From the IMG/VR virus record IMGVR_UViG_2061766007_000327: a stretch of DNA of 64,000 bases; one strand, given 5' to 3'. A program made the position numbers and the translations under genes. The notes under the pieces are model-generated. The model made no database searches, was not told where the DNA came from, and saw only the letters and a program-made list of their open reading frames with translations. Source of the DNA: an uncultured virus (IMG/VR IMGVR_UViG_2061766007_000327). Taxonomy: Duplodnaviria > Heunggongvirae > Uroviricota > Caudoviricetes. Positions 32,101 through 44,000 of the stretch are shown here, piece by piece. The number at the start of each line of letters is the position of its first letter. Positions within the stretch are counted from its first letter, which is position 1.

Positions 32101-35022
32101 ATTCTCATTTCAACTTCGATTGCCTTACCCTCTGGGAGTTCAAGCAGCCCTTCGTAGTCAGATGCTTCCCTTGGCATAATTCCAGCAACTCGGTAACTAT
32201 AATTGTTGTAGTCTTGCCAGAACACACGACCACACGTCTTCGGTTTCGATGTGAAGAACAGAATCCTGTTCCCTTGCCTAACTACATATCTCTTAAAGGT
32301 TGGCATTATCCCTCCGCTTTTAATGTTGATGTGCCAGAGTTGGTGTTAGGAGTTATAATGACATCAGTATAGCATTGGGGAGACTTGTATGCAACTCCAG
32401 GTGGAATAGGATCTGGATAGTGATAAGCTACTGACTCATTATACCTTTTCTCGGCGTCCTTGTAGCCATTGGTATATCCTCGGATATAGTCTTCATGGCT
32501 TGCTTCTTGGCCCCTTTTGAATGCCTTGTTCAACTCATCTTTCAGCCAAATGGGTAACTTATCAGGATTACACTCAAAAGTCCTTTCAAGGTCAGCCATC
32601 GCTTCTATTGCCGGATTGCTTTCGTCAGCATAGGAGAGTAGTTCCTTCTTGGCAACGATAAGTAGGGATTTGGCCAACTTCCTTGCTTCTTCATTACTCA
32701 CGCTCACAGCAAAAGTCATTGAACCATCAGACGCAGTATGTGTAAGAATATCTTGAATTATATCCTTGACAGATTGCTCAAACTCCGTCAGCCTTGAGAG
32801 TTTTTTCTGGACGAAGGCTTCTACATCATCAAGATTATCTGATTTGAAAGCTTCTTCCAATGCACCACACTCTATATTTGAGCAGCACATTGTTCCTTCT
32901 GGTCTTTCCCTGTCAATCAACTGCACAAGGGCAGTTGTAAGTGTCTTTGCTAATTCGTGGTTCATAGTGAATTTATTTTATCTATAATTTCTTGCATTAC
33001 AAGTTTGGTCAATGGATGGCTGTAACCTTGTAGTATCTCTATCAGAGCATCCCTGCGGATGTATTCCTCGCTCGGAACGCACCTCGCTCTTTGTTCAAAC
33101 CACATTTTGTGAAATCCGCTACTTTCCTCGTCACGGATTTTGTGTAAATAAATCTTATCTGGTGCTTTCATACCCTATAACTTTTTGAGTTGTACGTAGA
33201 GGTCACGGAGTTTATCTTTGAGTCCACCGTAGAACTGCATTTCTTCAAGATACATGGCAGTATGCAATGCCTCCATCTGTTCCTCGCTGGGTTTCCAAGA
33301 AGGACGGAGGAGTTTGATGAAGTCTTGGAGTTCAACCGCCTCCTTATCACCAATTATCCGCTTTGATGAACCAAATGGCTTTTCATCTGCTGCCTGACCA
33401 AGAATCTCATAAATGCGATTAAGTTTTCGTTTGTCCTCCTCGCTCCACTCTGCATCATTTTCGTGACCGCACGAAATTGATACGGGCTTCTGCTCTTTCT
33501 GCTTTTCCTTTTCGGCACGAATCCTATGCAATTCTTCAAGATTTGCTTGCAGACGCTCTTCGGCGTGAGCAAGTTCCTCTTTTGCGGTAACTATCCAAGG
33601 AGTCTTGTCACGAAGTCTTTTGTGAGACTCTTTCTGCTTTTCAAGCCAAGCAAGACATCTCTTCCAATCCTCAATAGATTCTTCAAGGTCTGGGTCGTGT
33701 CCTTTTATGCCATCATAGACAGATTGTGCGAGGTCGTTAGTTTCATCCTCTATATTTCTATGCACTTGCCATACAAGCAATTTTCTTATCTTCTCGTCCT
33801 CGCTCTCGAATCTTTCTAATTCCTTGTCTATTGAGTCAAGGGCTTCACGCACCTTGCCTTTAGAGTATTTTAGACAGGGTTCCAGTACCGCCCTCGCCTC
33901 TAATAATGCTTCCTTGTATTTTTCTTCCTGTGTCATAATATCAGTCCTTTACTTCTTTGGCTTTGAAAGGCTTTTCACGACCTTCCACAAGGTGGATTAT
34001 CTCTGTATTCTCGTCGCCGACAGGGAAGAACACGACATCGCCTTTGCTTGCTACGATGTCCACTTCGCACTCGGCATATTTCTCAAATCGCTTGATTAGT
34101 GTCTTGTATTTCATAATCTTTCCTATCAAAACGGGAGGCTATATCTCCCGTAATTGCACGATAAAGTTGACATAAATACTATCCCCATATAGCGAGGTCA
34201 CTTGTTATTCTGACGGTTGTAATATCCCTGTAACGCAAGCGCGATGTCCTTGTTAAATCTGTCATCAGCAAACGCCGTGGCTATATTCGTCCTTTCCTCA
34301 TTGTCAAGCACGATGCTCACACGGCCTCTGTGGTTGCGCACGGTCTCGACCGTTATCCTCTGAAAGTTGTCAAGCATATCAAATAAGTTCTTTATACAAC
34401 AGCTCCGCGAGCACGTCGATATTCATCATAATCTGCTCGTGGACATCTATCTTATAATCATTCTCCCGTGCAGGCCAGCCGTGAATAATCATCTCCCATT
34501 CACTTCGCGACCAAAACATATAGAGGGACTCCTTCTCTATGAATACCTTCATCTCCTCTAATGTCGCCGGCACTCCGAAATGTTTCTTCAGCTCCGGATC
34601 CGCGGCTAAAAGCCTTTGCCTCCGCTTGCTTTTACTTTTTGCCTTTCTCTCGGCAAAACAATCCCGGAAGTAAGGGAGAACGTCATAGTGCTTTAGACTA
34701 TCACTATTGAAGTCCCAGATCAAAACATAATAAAACTTCTTGGCCATTATTCCACCCTTTTTGTCAGTTCATAAACATATCCGTCTTTAACGATCACACA
34801 GTCGTCTAACTCCGAGAGCCGGACGTTACTGGGTCTGTCTATCTGTTCCAGCCTTGGATATCCAAACACGGACCGGTGGATAACAAAGGCGATACTATGA
34901 TTATTGTGGGATACCTTACAGCAGTTATGTACGATACCCGCGAATGCATCGGCAGACTCTCTCTTCAGAAATTTCGTCTTGCCGCTTCCTAAGATTGTTC
35001 TAAAAAATTCTTTTGTACCCAT
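29189..35022 (-). other. Array of about 20 small, tightly coupled hypothetical genes (e.g. 29189-29632, 29629-29859, 29838-30065, 30402-30638, 30814-31224, 31406-31711, 31708-32085, 32306-32965, 33175-33936, 34379-34747)
   Basis: Contiguous minus-strand ORFs with ATGA/TAATG overlaps and no recognisable catalytic motifs. The stretch around 30.4-34.2 kb appears lower in GC. Confidence 0.7.
30056..30427 (-). CDS. Cys-rich DNA-binding domain of the type found N-terminal in AP2/HNH endonucleases; no nuclease domain seen
   Basis: 'DLTGQRFGRLTV...WRCKCDCG......GNNL..G...SCGC'. Confidence 0.7.
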   Translation of the reverse strand: MEATKKVYRPGSKRPINDLTGQRFGRLTVIGLAETPEWDTHNRVYWRCKCDCGAEKTVLGNNLKYGSVRSCGCLSGRIPYERRKEIPKKMEVDKSHFDDDWMFIAQGERNITRPIRTINGDWI

Positions 35023-35040
35023 ATTGTGATTTGTATGTTA

Positions 35041-35130
35041 GTTCCCTCCCCGGGAGTCGAACCCGTATAGAGCATTGGCAATTTCAGCGAAAAAGACTTG
35101 ATGACGCTGCCCGTGCAGCACAGGAGGGAA
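35041..35130 (-). ncRNA. tRNA-like element (acceptor stem plus canonical T-arm, atypical middle)
   Basis: Minus strand: TTCCCTCC...GCTGC-ACGG-GCAGC...CGGG-TTCGACT-CCCG-G-GGAGGGAA-CTAA. Intergenic. Confidence 0.6.
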
Positions 35131-35406
35131 TAGGCGCATCACTGCGGCTAGATTTCTATTTTCCAAGGATCGAAGTCAGTTTCCTCGCCATCTTCGTGCG
35201 AAAATCCATCGACCACCCAGTCAGTGACTACTGGCTGCAGATAAGATTCCCTCGCACCGAGATGCTCGACCCCAGTGTAAACCTTCTCGTACTCGACCGT
35301 GGACTTCACGTCTGCCCAGAACGGCCCGTACTCCCAAACTCCATTATGACCTTCCTTAATGTATTCCCCAAGGTTTCTGTAAACCTCATCTGTAACATGT
35401 ACCATA

Positions 35407-36177
35407 TTAATTTTGCCTCCTTATTTCCTGAATCCATTTCGATAGGGTGCAAGCATTCATCTTGCATCCTTCCCTTGTCGAGAATCCCGCGAGTCCCATC
35501 TCGTGGAACTCATTGAACTCCCGTAAAATATCTTTCTGTAGCCTTCCCTTTTGGACTTGCTTCTTTATCCAGCGATATCCGTCACTGGATTCCCGCCAAG
35601 CCCTCGCCTCGTCGGCTTTGTTCCGGGCTTGCACGGCTGCGGCCGCGGATACGTCGACACCCTTTTCGTTGCCGAGATGCTTACGCCAATGACCGGACTT
35701 AGAGAAGAACCCTCCATTCTTTTCGATCTGCTTCTTACGCTCGGCAAGGGCAAGCTGAGTCTTAACCCTAATCATAATTGCCTGGCGTTCTGCAACCGCG
35801 AAGAGAACAGTAAGAACGAACCTATCCGCCGTAGGCACATCGCATATTACAACATTGCTTTCCCCTACGGCGTCAAGAATCTCGAGAGCTTCCTGTACAT
35901 TTCTCAGACGGTCAAAGGCTGGGATGCAGAGCAAAAGATTATTCTGCTTACACATCTCTATGGCTTCCCAGAGTCCCTTGCATTGCCTCAGTTTTGTGCC
36001 CGAGAAGACGTCGGTGAAGATTGCTACTGGATCCTTGCCCATAAACATCTTCGCGATAGCCTCTTGAGCTTCCAATCCCAATCCGCTTTTCCCTTGCTTC
36101 CCGGTAGATACCCTTTTCCATAGGACATATTCTCGCCCTTTGTGGAGAGGTGCTATATCAATTTTCTTCTTCGACAT
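35407..36177 (-). CDS. Small serine recombinase (resolvase/invertase family)
   Basis: 'RVSTGKQ...GLEAQ', 'D.FSG', 'DRL', 'AERQAI..KT..AL'. Confidence 0.85.
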   Translation of the reverse strand: MSKKKIDIAPLHKGREYVLWKRVSTGKQGKSGLGLEAQEAIAKMFMGKDPVAIFTDVFSGTKLRQCKGLWEAIEMCKQNNLLLCIPAFDRLRNVQEALEILDAVGESNVVICDVPTADRFVLTVLFAVAERQAIMIRVKTQLALAERKKQIEKNGGFFSKSGHWRKHLGNEKGVDVSAAAAVQARNKADEARAWRESSDGYRWIKKQVQKGRLQKDILREFNEFHEMGLAGFSTREGCKMNACTLSKWIQEIRRQN

Positions 36178-38383
36178 AATCTGATAAGCCAGATACTATC
36201 TATCGCCTTGCGAGCATATCATCCAGATATGCTATGCACATAATAATAAAGAACATAAATTTATCGTTTTTCGTTAAACGCCTCGGGGATGAACGCCAAG
36301 GCGCAGATGATGTAAATTAACAGAAACATGATATGAATGCTTTAATGTTGTTGTAAGTGCGTACCCAGTCCGCCTGGGACTGGCTCTCATAGAATCCGAA
36401 GGGCAGATAGTCTCCATCCGTATCATCTCCGCGCAGGAAGATGTGTCCAGTAATCCCCAGTTCATCCGGCTCATCGCCCGCGTCCGGATCGGCTTTCCAG
36501 TAGCGCGCATTGATTTCAAAAGCATGTACGCCATTGACCATTGCCTCCGCCTGAAGTGCGGTGAGATTGCTAAGCATCTCCAAAGTTCTTTCCTTTTCCA
36601 TAACGATTAATTTACTTGCAAGAAATATGCCACTACTTAAGGCGAGTGACGGAGCCTACCGAAGTTCGGTCATCCCGAATCTTAAACGGAATGGTCTCGC
36701 CGATCTTCAGCTTCATTATACTGTCGGTGATTTCCCGTAGCGAGTAGTACCACTCATACTCAGTACCGTGGTCCATATCCTCATGGCGTTTCGGAAACTC
36801 CAGGACTCCCGAGATAGGCACCCCCGCTTCCGTGACGCAGAAGCCGAGGGTAATGCGAGGAATGCGGCCATCAAGCCACTCCTCGAAGTCTGTATCGAGG
36901 TTCTGCTCATAGCGTTTCTTGCACCAGTCGATGTATTCGATGATATCCTTCGAGGTGTAGCCCTCATCGTAAAGCATGTAGTACACGGCATCGGCCTCGT
37001 GGATAGAGAAGAGGTGTTTGAGCGTCATGTTAAGTTTGTAGTCGTCGAGTTGCATGTTAGTTAAAAGATATAGTTATACGTTAAAGTGATTTACTTATAC
37101 GGGAGAGCCGTTTCTTTGCGTTCGCCAAATTGAGTGCTTGAATGTACACGCAATCCGGCTCTTTTGTCACGGTGGTCTTGAAGACGGGTTTCCCGTCAAT
37201 TCCGATCTGTACCTCTCTGCGAAGTGGTGCTTGTTTCCATTCTCCCGTTTTAGTGTTATAGGAGAAAAGGATGTGTCCACGCGTCTTCTTCTCGCTTCCT
37301 ACGAAATGGTATTCCGTAGGTGCTTGCCGTTCCTCTTGTTGCTTGTTCGGCTTAACAGGCGAAGGTATGTCAGGGACTATCTTCATAAGTCAGCGAATTA
37401 TGGCTATTTCTTCTGTGATTTAACTATCGTTACTTTCTTGCCTGCCTCAGCAAGGATCTTGACCGCCTTCCATATGTCTGCATCCATCTGGTCTGCGAAG
37501 AAGTGGAAGTCATCGGCGCCGTGATAGCAGTCATCCTTCATCGCACGCTTGAGATGACCAGTGTCACACCAGAACCCGATGAGCTGCACCCTCTTGTCGC
37601 CTTTCTTTACTTTCGTGCCGAAATCATCGTAGTCTTCCTTAGCCTTGTAGAAGTACATGTCCGCCCACAGGTCAACGTTGGCGTGACACATCCAGTTCTT
37701 AAATTTCCTTTCCGGCTCATCCGGCCATTTCTCGGTCTTCGTGTAGTAACCGATGCGATTTTTGTAACTTACTCTGAGTGCCATAATTAATCCTCCGTAA
37801 GATTATCCATAATGTCATCCGGTCCGTAAGCACCACCTCTGAACGCCCCGGCTTCGTCCAGATCGAGTAAGAATTCATAGAGCCGATCCTTGAATATTTC
37901 ATATGGGAGATCTGGCTCTGCATAGTCTTCGTAGATGTCTCTAAAGGTCTTCATTAGTAGTCCCACGCCTCCTTTGCGCCACTTGTGAGTTGAAAATAGA
38001 TGTTAACATAACGGTCGCGTTCCGCACCTTCCGAATGCATAATGCAATCAAGGTATTTTTGAATTGCAAGACCGCGCTCCATTACTTCCTGCTGATTGTA
38101 ACAGGTCACGACCACGAGGTCAACCTTTCTTCTTCGTGCCATATCAGTATCCTAGATTAAGAAATTTAAATGTCAGTTCGTCAATGAGCGGTGCGGCCTC
38201 GTGCATCAACGCTATGCACTTCTCGCGAGAATCCTCATCAAAGACGTCGCCATCCTCGCACCAACCCTCAAAACATTCCACGCCATTGTCTTCAATGACG
38301 TTGTTGTATAGCATATTAATGTAATGCTGAGTGACTGCGATCACGACAGCCTTCTCCTCTTCGGGCAGTTCTCTGAACATATC

Positions 38384-38689
38384 CTATCCCTCCACAAGTC
38401 CGATGAACGATGTCAGAGTGAACGACCTCCAAGCCTTCTTCTCGAGATCCCAGTAGCCAAGCGTGGTCGGGCACTCCGGCTTTCCGCTAGTCTTGAACTC
38501 ATACTGCTGCCCATCCTCCTGGACCATCATCTCAAGGTTGCGAGTTCCGACCGCATCCCTAATCGTGCCGTCCTTCTTCTTGAACTGGAACTTAACTGCC
38601 TGCTCAACCATCTTCTCCTGAAGGAGCATAATCTCATCGGCCTTGAATCCCTCAATGCCAAGGTTAATCAAATCTTCTCTTGTCTTCAT
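38384..38689 (-). CDS. SH3 beta-barrel (WYL_2/DUF2693-like) protein
   Basis: 'VKFQFKKKDGTIRDAVGT...YWDLEKKAWRSF'. Confidence 0.75.
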   Translation of the reverse strand: MKTREDLINLGIEGFKADEIMLLQEKMVEQAVKFQFKKKDGTIRDAVGTRNLEMMVQEDGQQYEFKTSGKPECPTTLGYWDLEKKAWRSFTLTSFIGLVEG

Positions 38690-40316
38690 AACTCAATTAC
38701 TTTTAGTGTTGTTTTGTATGTACTGAATGTTCTTAAATCTTTGTTAAATACGAGGATAGTACCATCCTCATTAATCCTGCTGACTCGGTATAAGTAACGC
38801 GTGCCAGCATCGTCGTGCTGCCAAGGAATCAAGAAGGAAGAACCCTTCTTGAGCGAGCCGAGAGTTTTCATTTCTTATACTTATTGATGAACTCCTCAAT
38901 AGTGTTATACTCCTTTTCTAACCTCTCGCGGTTCGCGTCCGGAGTCTGGAAGTCATAGTAGCTGAATGTGCATGAGCAATATCCCACGAACTCATTATCC
39001 TCGGTCATCTCCTCGGTCGAAACGAACACGGACAACCACGGTCTATTCTTCACGTCGGAATACCTTGAATGGATATTCATATTGACATTAGTCTCCAGTG
39101 TAGCGAGCTGCAACGCTTGCAGCCTAATCAAATACTCTTTAATCATTTTTTAGCCCTCCAAAAATTTAATTTGTTCCTCAAGTTCTGCTATTCTCTCCAA
39201 GAGTTTCTCCGGAGTATCAAAAGCCCGCCATCCTTTCACTTCCGTTCCCCACCGTTTTGCCTGCTGGACTGCGGTAACAGATACTCCCAGTAACTTCGCT
39301 GCCGCATACTCCGATGCAACAGTCTTTTTTACCTTGCCCTTAACAAGGATCGTCTCTCTTTGTGCTCTTGCCATTTTTGATTCTGTCTATATATTTTTTC
39401 CACTGGGCGGCCGTATCGAAGGTCAGCACTTCTTTGCCGATGACGGAGCGGTAGCCGCCTGCTGCCCGCTCCATCAACTGATAACCCTCATAACTTAGAA
39501 GATAACCCATCATGACTCGTACACCTCCGTGATATTGTCATTGGCATCCTCGATACTGGAGTGAGCATCCTCCATCGTAGAGATAAACTCTTCCATCTGC
39601 TCTCCCCTCTCTCCGTACTGGATGCTCTCGGGGAGATTGTCATACGCATCCTGCTCTTCGTCAATCACCTCCTGGAGGCGATCCATCAAGGCGACCAACT
39701 CATCGCTGATCGCTTCAAGCTCTTTCCTTCTTGCTTTGTTCATTGCTAAATGTATTTAAGATTAAACCACTGGCGAGGCAGAACATAAGAAAGTTCGTAG
39801 GCTCGCCCCAATAGATTCCCAGCGCCACAAACGAGGCTGCTAGGATAAGTTTCAATGTCTTCATCGCCAAACTTCCTTTTCGACCATAACATTCCACTTG
39901 AACTCCACCTCCGCAATCTGCTCGCGGATGCATCGCTTGGCAAACTCTATCGCAGAATCCTTGTTGGTTCTCCTGCCGACCTCCGAGAACCACTCGCCCG
40001 AGTAAATCTTGTAACCTCCTTTGAAGCGGTCAACCTCGGCGTACTTCCTACCGCTCTGCTTGTCCTTGAAGAGCCAGTACTTCCCGTACGGGTTCTTGCA
40101 TTCAGTGATTGTGATTGTTGTCATATCAATCAGTGTGCTTTTATAACTTGTCCACGAGTTCAATATTCGCCGAACCATGCTCGGCCTCATAGAATCCTTG
40201 CTCAGCGTATTCTCCGAGATCTTCTACAGCATTCTCATACCGTGTTGCAATCTCTCTCAGCGTGTCCGCAACGAATCCCTCGTCGCAGTTGATAACGACC
40301 CTAACTTCTTTCATAA

Positions 40317-41033
40317 TCAGTGTGCTTCAAATAAGATTGTTTCACCATTCTTTGCGCCCCAACAACCAGTCCACGCTTCGGCGCACTCTTCGCATGAACC
40401 AGGACACATAAACTGCTTGTCCGTGCAGTGCGGGCCCTTCGTCCCGTCCGGCCACAAAGGACTACTCACCGGCAGGTTGTACGGATTCTCGAACTCCGCA
40501 CCACGCCAGTCCGAGAAGATGATGTGCAGATTCTTAGGCAGAGGACCGTGCTCAGCAATCCACTTATTGAAAAGACCATACCTTTTCGTAAAAGCGAGTG
40601 ATTCACACTGCGGGTTTTCTTCAGCCGCCTCGACCATACCTCGAAGATAGTTCTCGTCCTTCACATCACCGCCCACGTGCCACCTGAAGAAGCGTAGGTA
40701 TCGCATCGCTTTCTTAATCTCGGACATATACCGCTCTGGGTCCATCTGCCAGATCGCGCTATTGTTTGCCCTGCTCTTCTGCACCGTCTTCTGGAAGCAG
40801 ACGTTCCGAATATCGTAGCATCCCTTCGCGCATACCTTGCAGTTTCCGCAGTCGGCCACTGGGATTAGCGATACGCTCGGGACAAGTGCCCCGGTCTTGC
40901 GATTGCCGTAACTCAGCTTTACGTGAGACTCCTCCACGTTTACCTCGTCCCTAAAAGCCAGCATCTGCTGGACTCTGTGCTTGATTGCTCCGAGCGAAAA
41001 CTCGTTGTATTTGTGCTTAAATTGTGTTGCCAT
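40317..41033 (-). CDS. GP88-like Cys-rich phage protein
   Basis: 'LSYGNRKTG....SVSL....C..C..C...CY', 'FRWHVGGD', 'FTK', and a C-terminal CPG.C..C....CW. Confidence 0.65.
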   Translation of the reverse strand: MATQFKHKYNEFSLGAIKHRVQQMLAFRDEVNVEESHVKLSYGNRKTGALVPSVSLIPVADCGNCKVCAKGCYDIRNVCFQKTVQKSRANNSAIWQMDPERYMSEIKKAMRYLRFFRWHVGGDVKDENYLRGMVEAAEENPQCESLAFTKRYGLFNKWIAEHGPLPKNLHIIFSDWRGAEFENPYNLPVSSPLWPDGTKGPHCTDKQFMCPGSCEECAEAWTGCWGAKNGETILFEAH

Positions 41034-44000
41034 ATGCGTTTACTTTTCAATTTCTTCTATAAATCCTACGCCGTGCTCGACTTCAATCCAGTCGGCCACG
41101 CCCATTTCGTGTTCATACTCCGAGGCGATTCGCATCAGAGTTTCTGCGATATACTCTCGCTCGCAGTTGACGACTATCCTAATGTCCTTCATCGTACAAA
41201 ATTTATTATCGTTTCTAAATCGCCATCGTCTGCAATGTGCATCAGATAGTTGTATGCATAGTCGTCCCAATTGCTAGATAACTCGGCATATACACAATCC
41301 GTATCCGTTCCCTCGGACCATCCAAAGGCATCCGAATTGATTATTTCAAGCAAATCTCTATCATATAGAGCACACAGAATCGCTCGGAACTTGTACGATG
41401 CCCTTGACCAAGCTGTGTTTATCTTTTCTACTAAATTCTTGTCGTGACTGTTGGATGTGTCCATAATGCCATAGTAGCGTACCACTTTCTTCACTATTTC
41501 TTCCGGAATGTGTAACGTCTTGACCCAAAAGCCTCCGTCTAGTTCCTCATCGTTGTAGTCCTCTTCGAAGTCATCCGCATTTCTGATGTATTGGTCGAGG
41601 TCGCCCCTATCCCCATAGTGAGCATCCATGTTGTAGAAACGCGTATACATAACATTCTGTTTTTCCCACAATCGTTTAAAAGCGAATTCGTCGATGTCTG
41701 AATCAAACTCGTGCCTGTCCCAGTTCAACTCATTGTCTACTGGGTAAAATGCCATGATTGTCATAATTATTCCTCCTATATACACAAGATGTTCATCAAA
41801 TAGTCCGGCTCGATGCCGAGATAATCTACTATCGCGTCAAACGGATCGCTGATACTGCCGTCCAACACTGACTCGCGGAAGCTTTCAATCTCTCTGCGCG
41901 CTTCCTTCTCGCTGAGGTCGCAATTCCGAGCGACCAAGTCTACTACGTTACTCATACCCATTCAACTATTATTGGTTCATACCCAGGCGTGCAGATTAAC
42001 CGCTTGCCAAAATAACATTTGTCGTAATACGGCCTGTCCTTCCAGAACACGCCCCACAAGTACTTGCACTTATGGTCCACATATAACCCGATATATGGAC
42101 CCGTGTCGTGCGCATAAAACTTACACTTCATTATTCATACGTTATATATTGCACATCCGTCATGTAATAGATATCGTCCAGCCTGAGGTCTTTTTCATCC
42201 TCAAGCCAACGCTCAACCTCTTCCGTAGTGTCCATCTCGGGTGCCTCATATATTGCAGCCTCCGAGATAGCATAATTCAATACTGCTATTTTCATATTAA
42301 AAGTCCTCCTCGACAAATTCAACTCCGTTATACGCTTCAAAAATCACATCATCCGGGACGATTGCATCCGCGTTCTCAAGGTCCCCATAAGAAGGGGCGT
42401 TATATTCCGCGCCTGTCACTTCGGCATACTTCCCCTCGTCGGCAAGTGCGCATAGATATGCCTGCTTGAGCTCCAACAACTGGTCGCTCCTCAAGTCTGT
42501 TACTGTCATACTCTGTTACTTTTATTTCCTGTAGGGTTCTTTCAATTCCCCATCTTGTTAGCATTCCCATATTATTCCTTCGTCTCCTTCGATAATATCC
42601 TCGTAGTCCCAGTCCTCATTGTTGACCTCATTGTCGTCACACCACTCGTCGATGGCATCCGAAATCGCATCAAACAACTCCGAATCCGCGAACCTCAAGG
42701 AGCAGCGCATCCGCTCCATCTTGTTCAATGCCAGCTGGAGCCTCTCCTCGAAAAACTCCACGTTGTTCCGCACATAGGCGGCAAGTTCTTTCGTTTTCAT
42801 TACGCAACCCTTATTACAATTACTCCAAAAAAGTCAAAGTCATCCAACATCCCGCCAACATTCATCCCATCAATCCGCTCAATAGCCTCCACATCAAATC
42901 CCAAATCAGAAAGGTCATCAATGCCGACAGTTACAACGCTCCAGCGATTGTCGTTGTTATAATCCGTAGTGTTAATCACTGCGAATACTCTTGTATCTCC
43001 TTTCATAAACTCTTAATGATTAAATCGTGAATTTTCTCGCCATACACTGGCTGTAAGAATTCAATGTTCAGCAGAAAACTCTTCTGCAGTTCCCCCTTCA
43101 TTCGGTTGAACAACTCAATTACTTGGTCGTGATGCCCGTTCTCGTACGACTGAACTATATATCCGTAGTACTCCCTCGGGCAGTCAAAGTCGTACTCCTT
43201 TACCAAGCGGTCGATGTCCGTTCCTCGCTGGCCGTGATTAATCCTCGCTCTCATATTCTTCCTCTTCAATGATTTCACGATAGTCGCGCAACGCATCTCG
43301 CAGGCCGGACGGGAAAATGATTGTACCGGCGAAACCAACGACCTTCATACCTGTAGCAAGCCATTTAGGATAATCGCCCACATAAGCCTCATTGAACCCC
43401 GTGCAAACGAAACCGATGCTCACGACAGTGAGTCCGACAAAAAGGATGACGCCTATGATGACGTCGATTTTAAAATACTTTTTCATAATGCTTGTTTTAA
43501 TAGACATAGTAGTGAGTTACATAATATGGATATTTATCCAACTCCTTTTGAGGAATTGTCTTTCCGAATAAAGTCCGATTGCGGAGTCTCCAAATATGCT
43601 CGTAAACTCCACAATCGATCCTTCTTGGCTCTTCAATAACATCTAGGTGCCCCTCGTTGATTAACCGGAAGAACTCCTCTTTACTGACCTCTGTCATCGT
43701 CTTCGTCCTCCTCCTCTTCGTATAAGTCAATCTCGAACTCGTTGGCCAATTCAATGACCGAGTATTCATAAAACATCTCTTCTACCTCGTCCAAATCGTC
43801 AGAGTAGTCCTCAATCTTGTTCAGAGCCTCCTCCCAATCGAGGGCACGGCTAGCCAACTCCTGCAGAGTATTCTCGCTCTGCTCTCTGAAGAAAAAACGT
43901 CGTACGGACGGATTCGCCCATACCTGACTAAATGTGATTTCTGCTTTCATATTTCCTCTTCCGTTAGTTCATACCATTCAACATCCGGCTGGTCAAGACC

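Noticed and set aside
28927..36177. Lysogeny module (repressor plus integrase)
   Set aside because: The HTH and recombinase genes are about 6 kb apart in the same operon. No tyrosine or large serine integrase, att site or host flank is visible.
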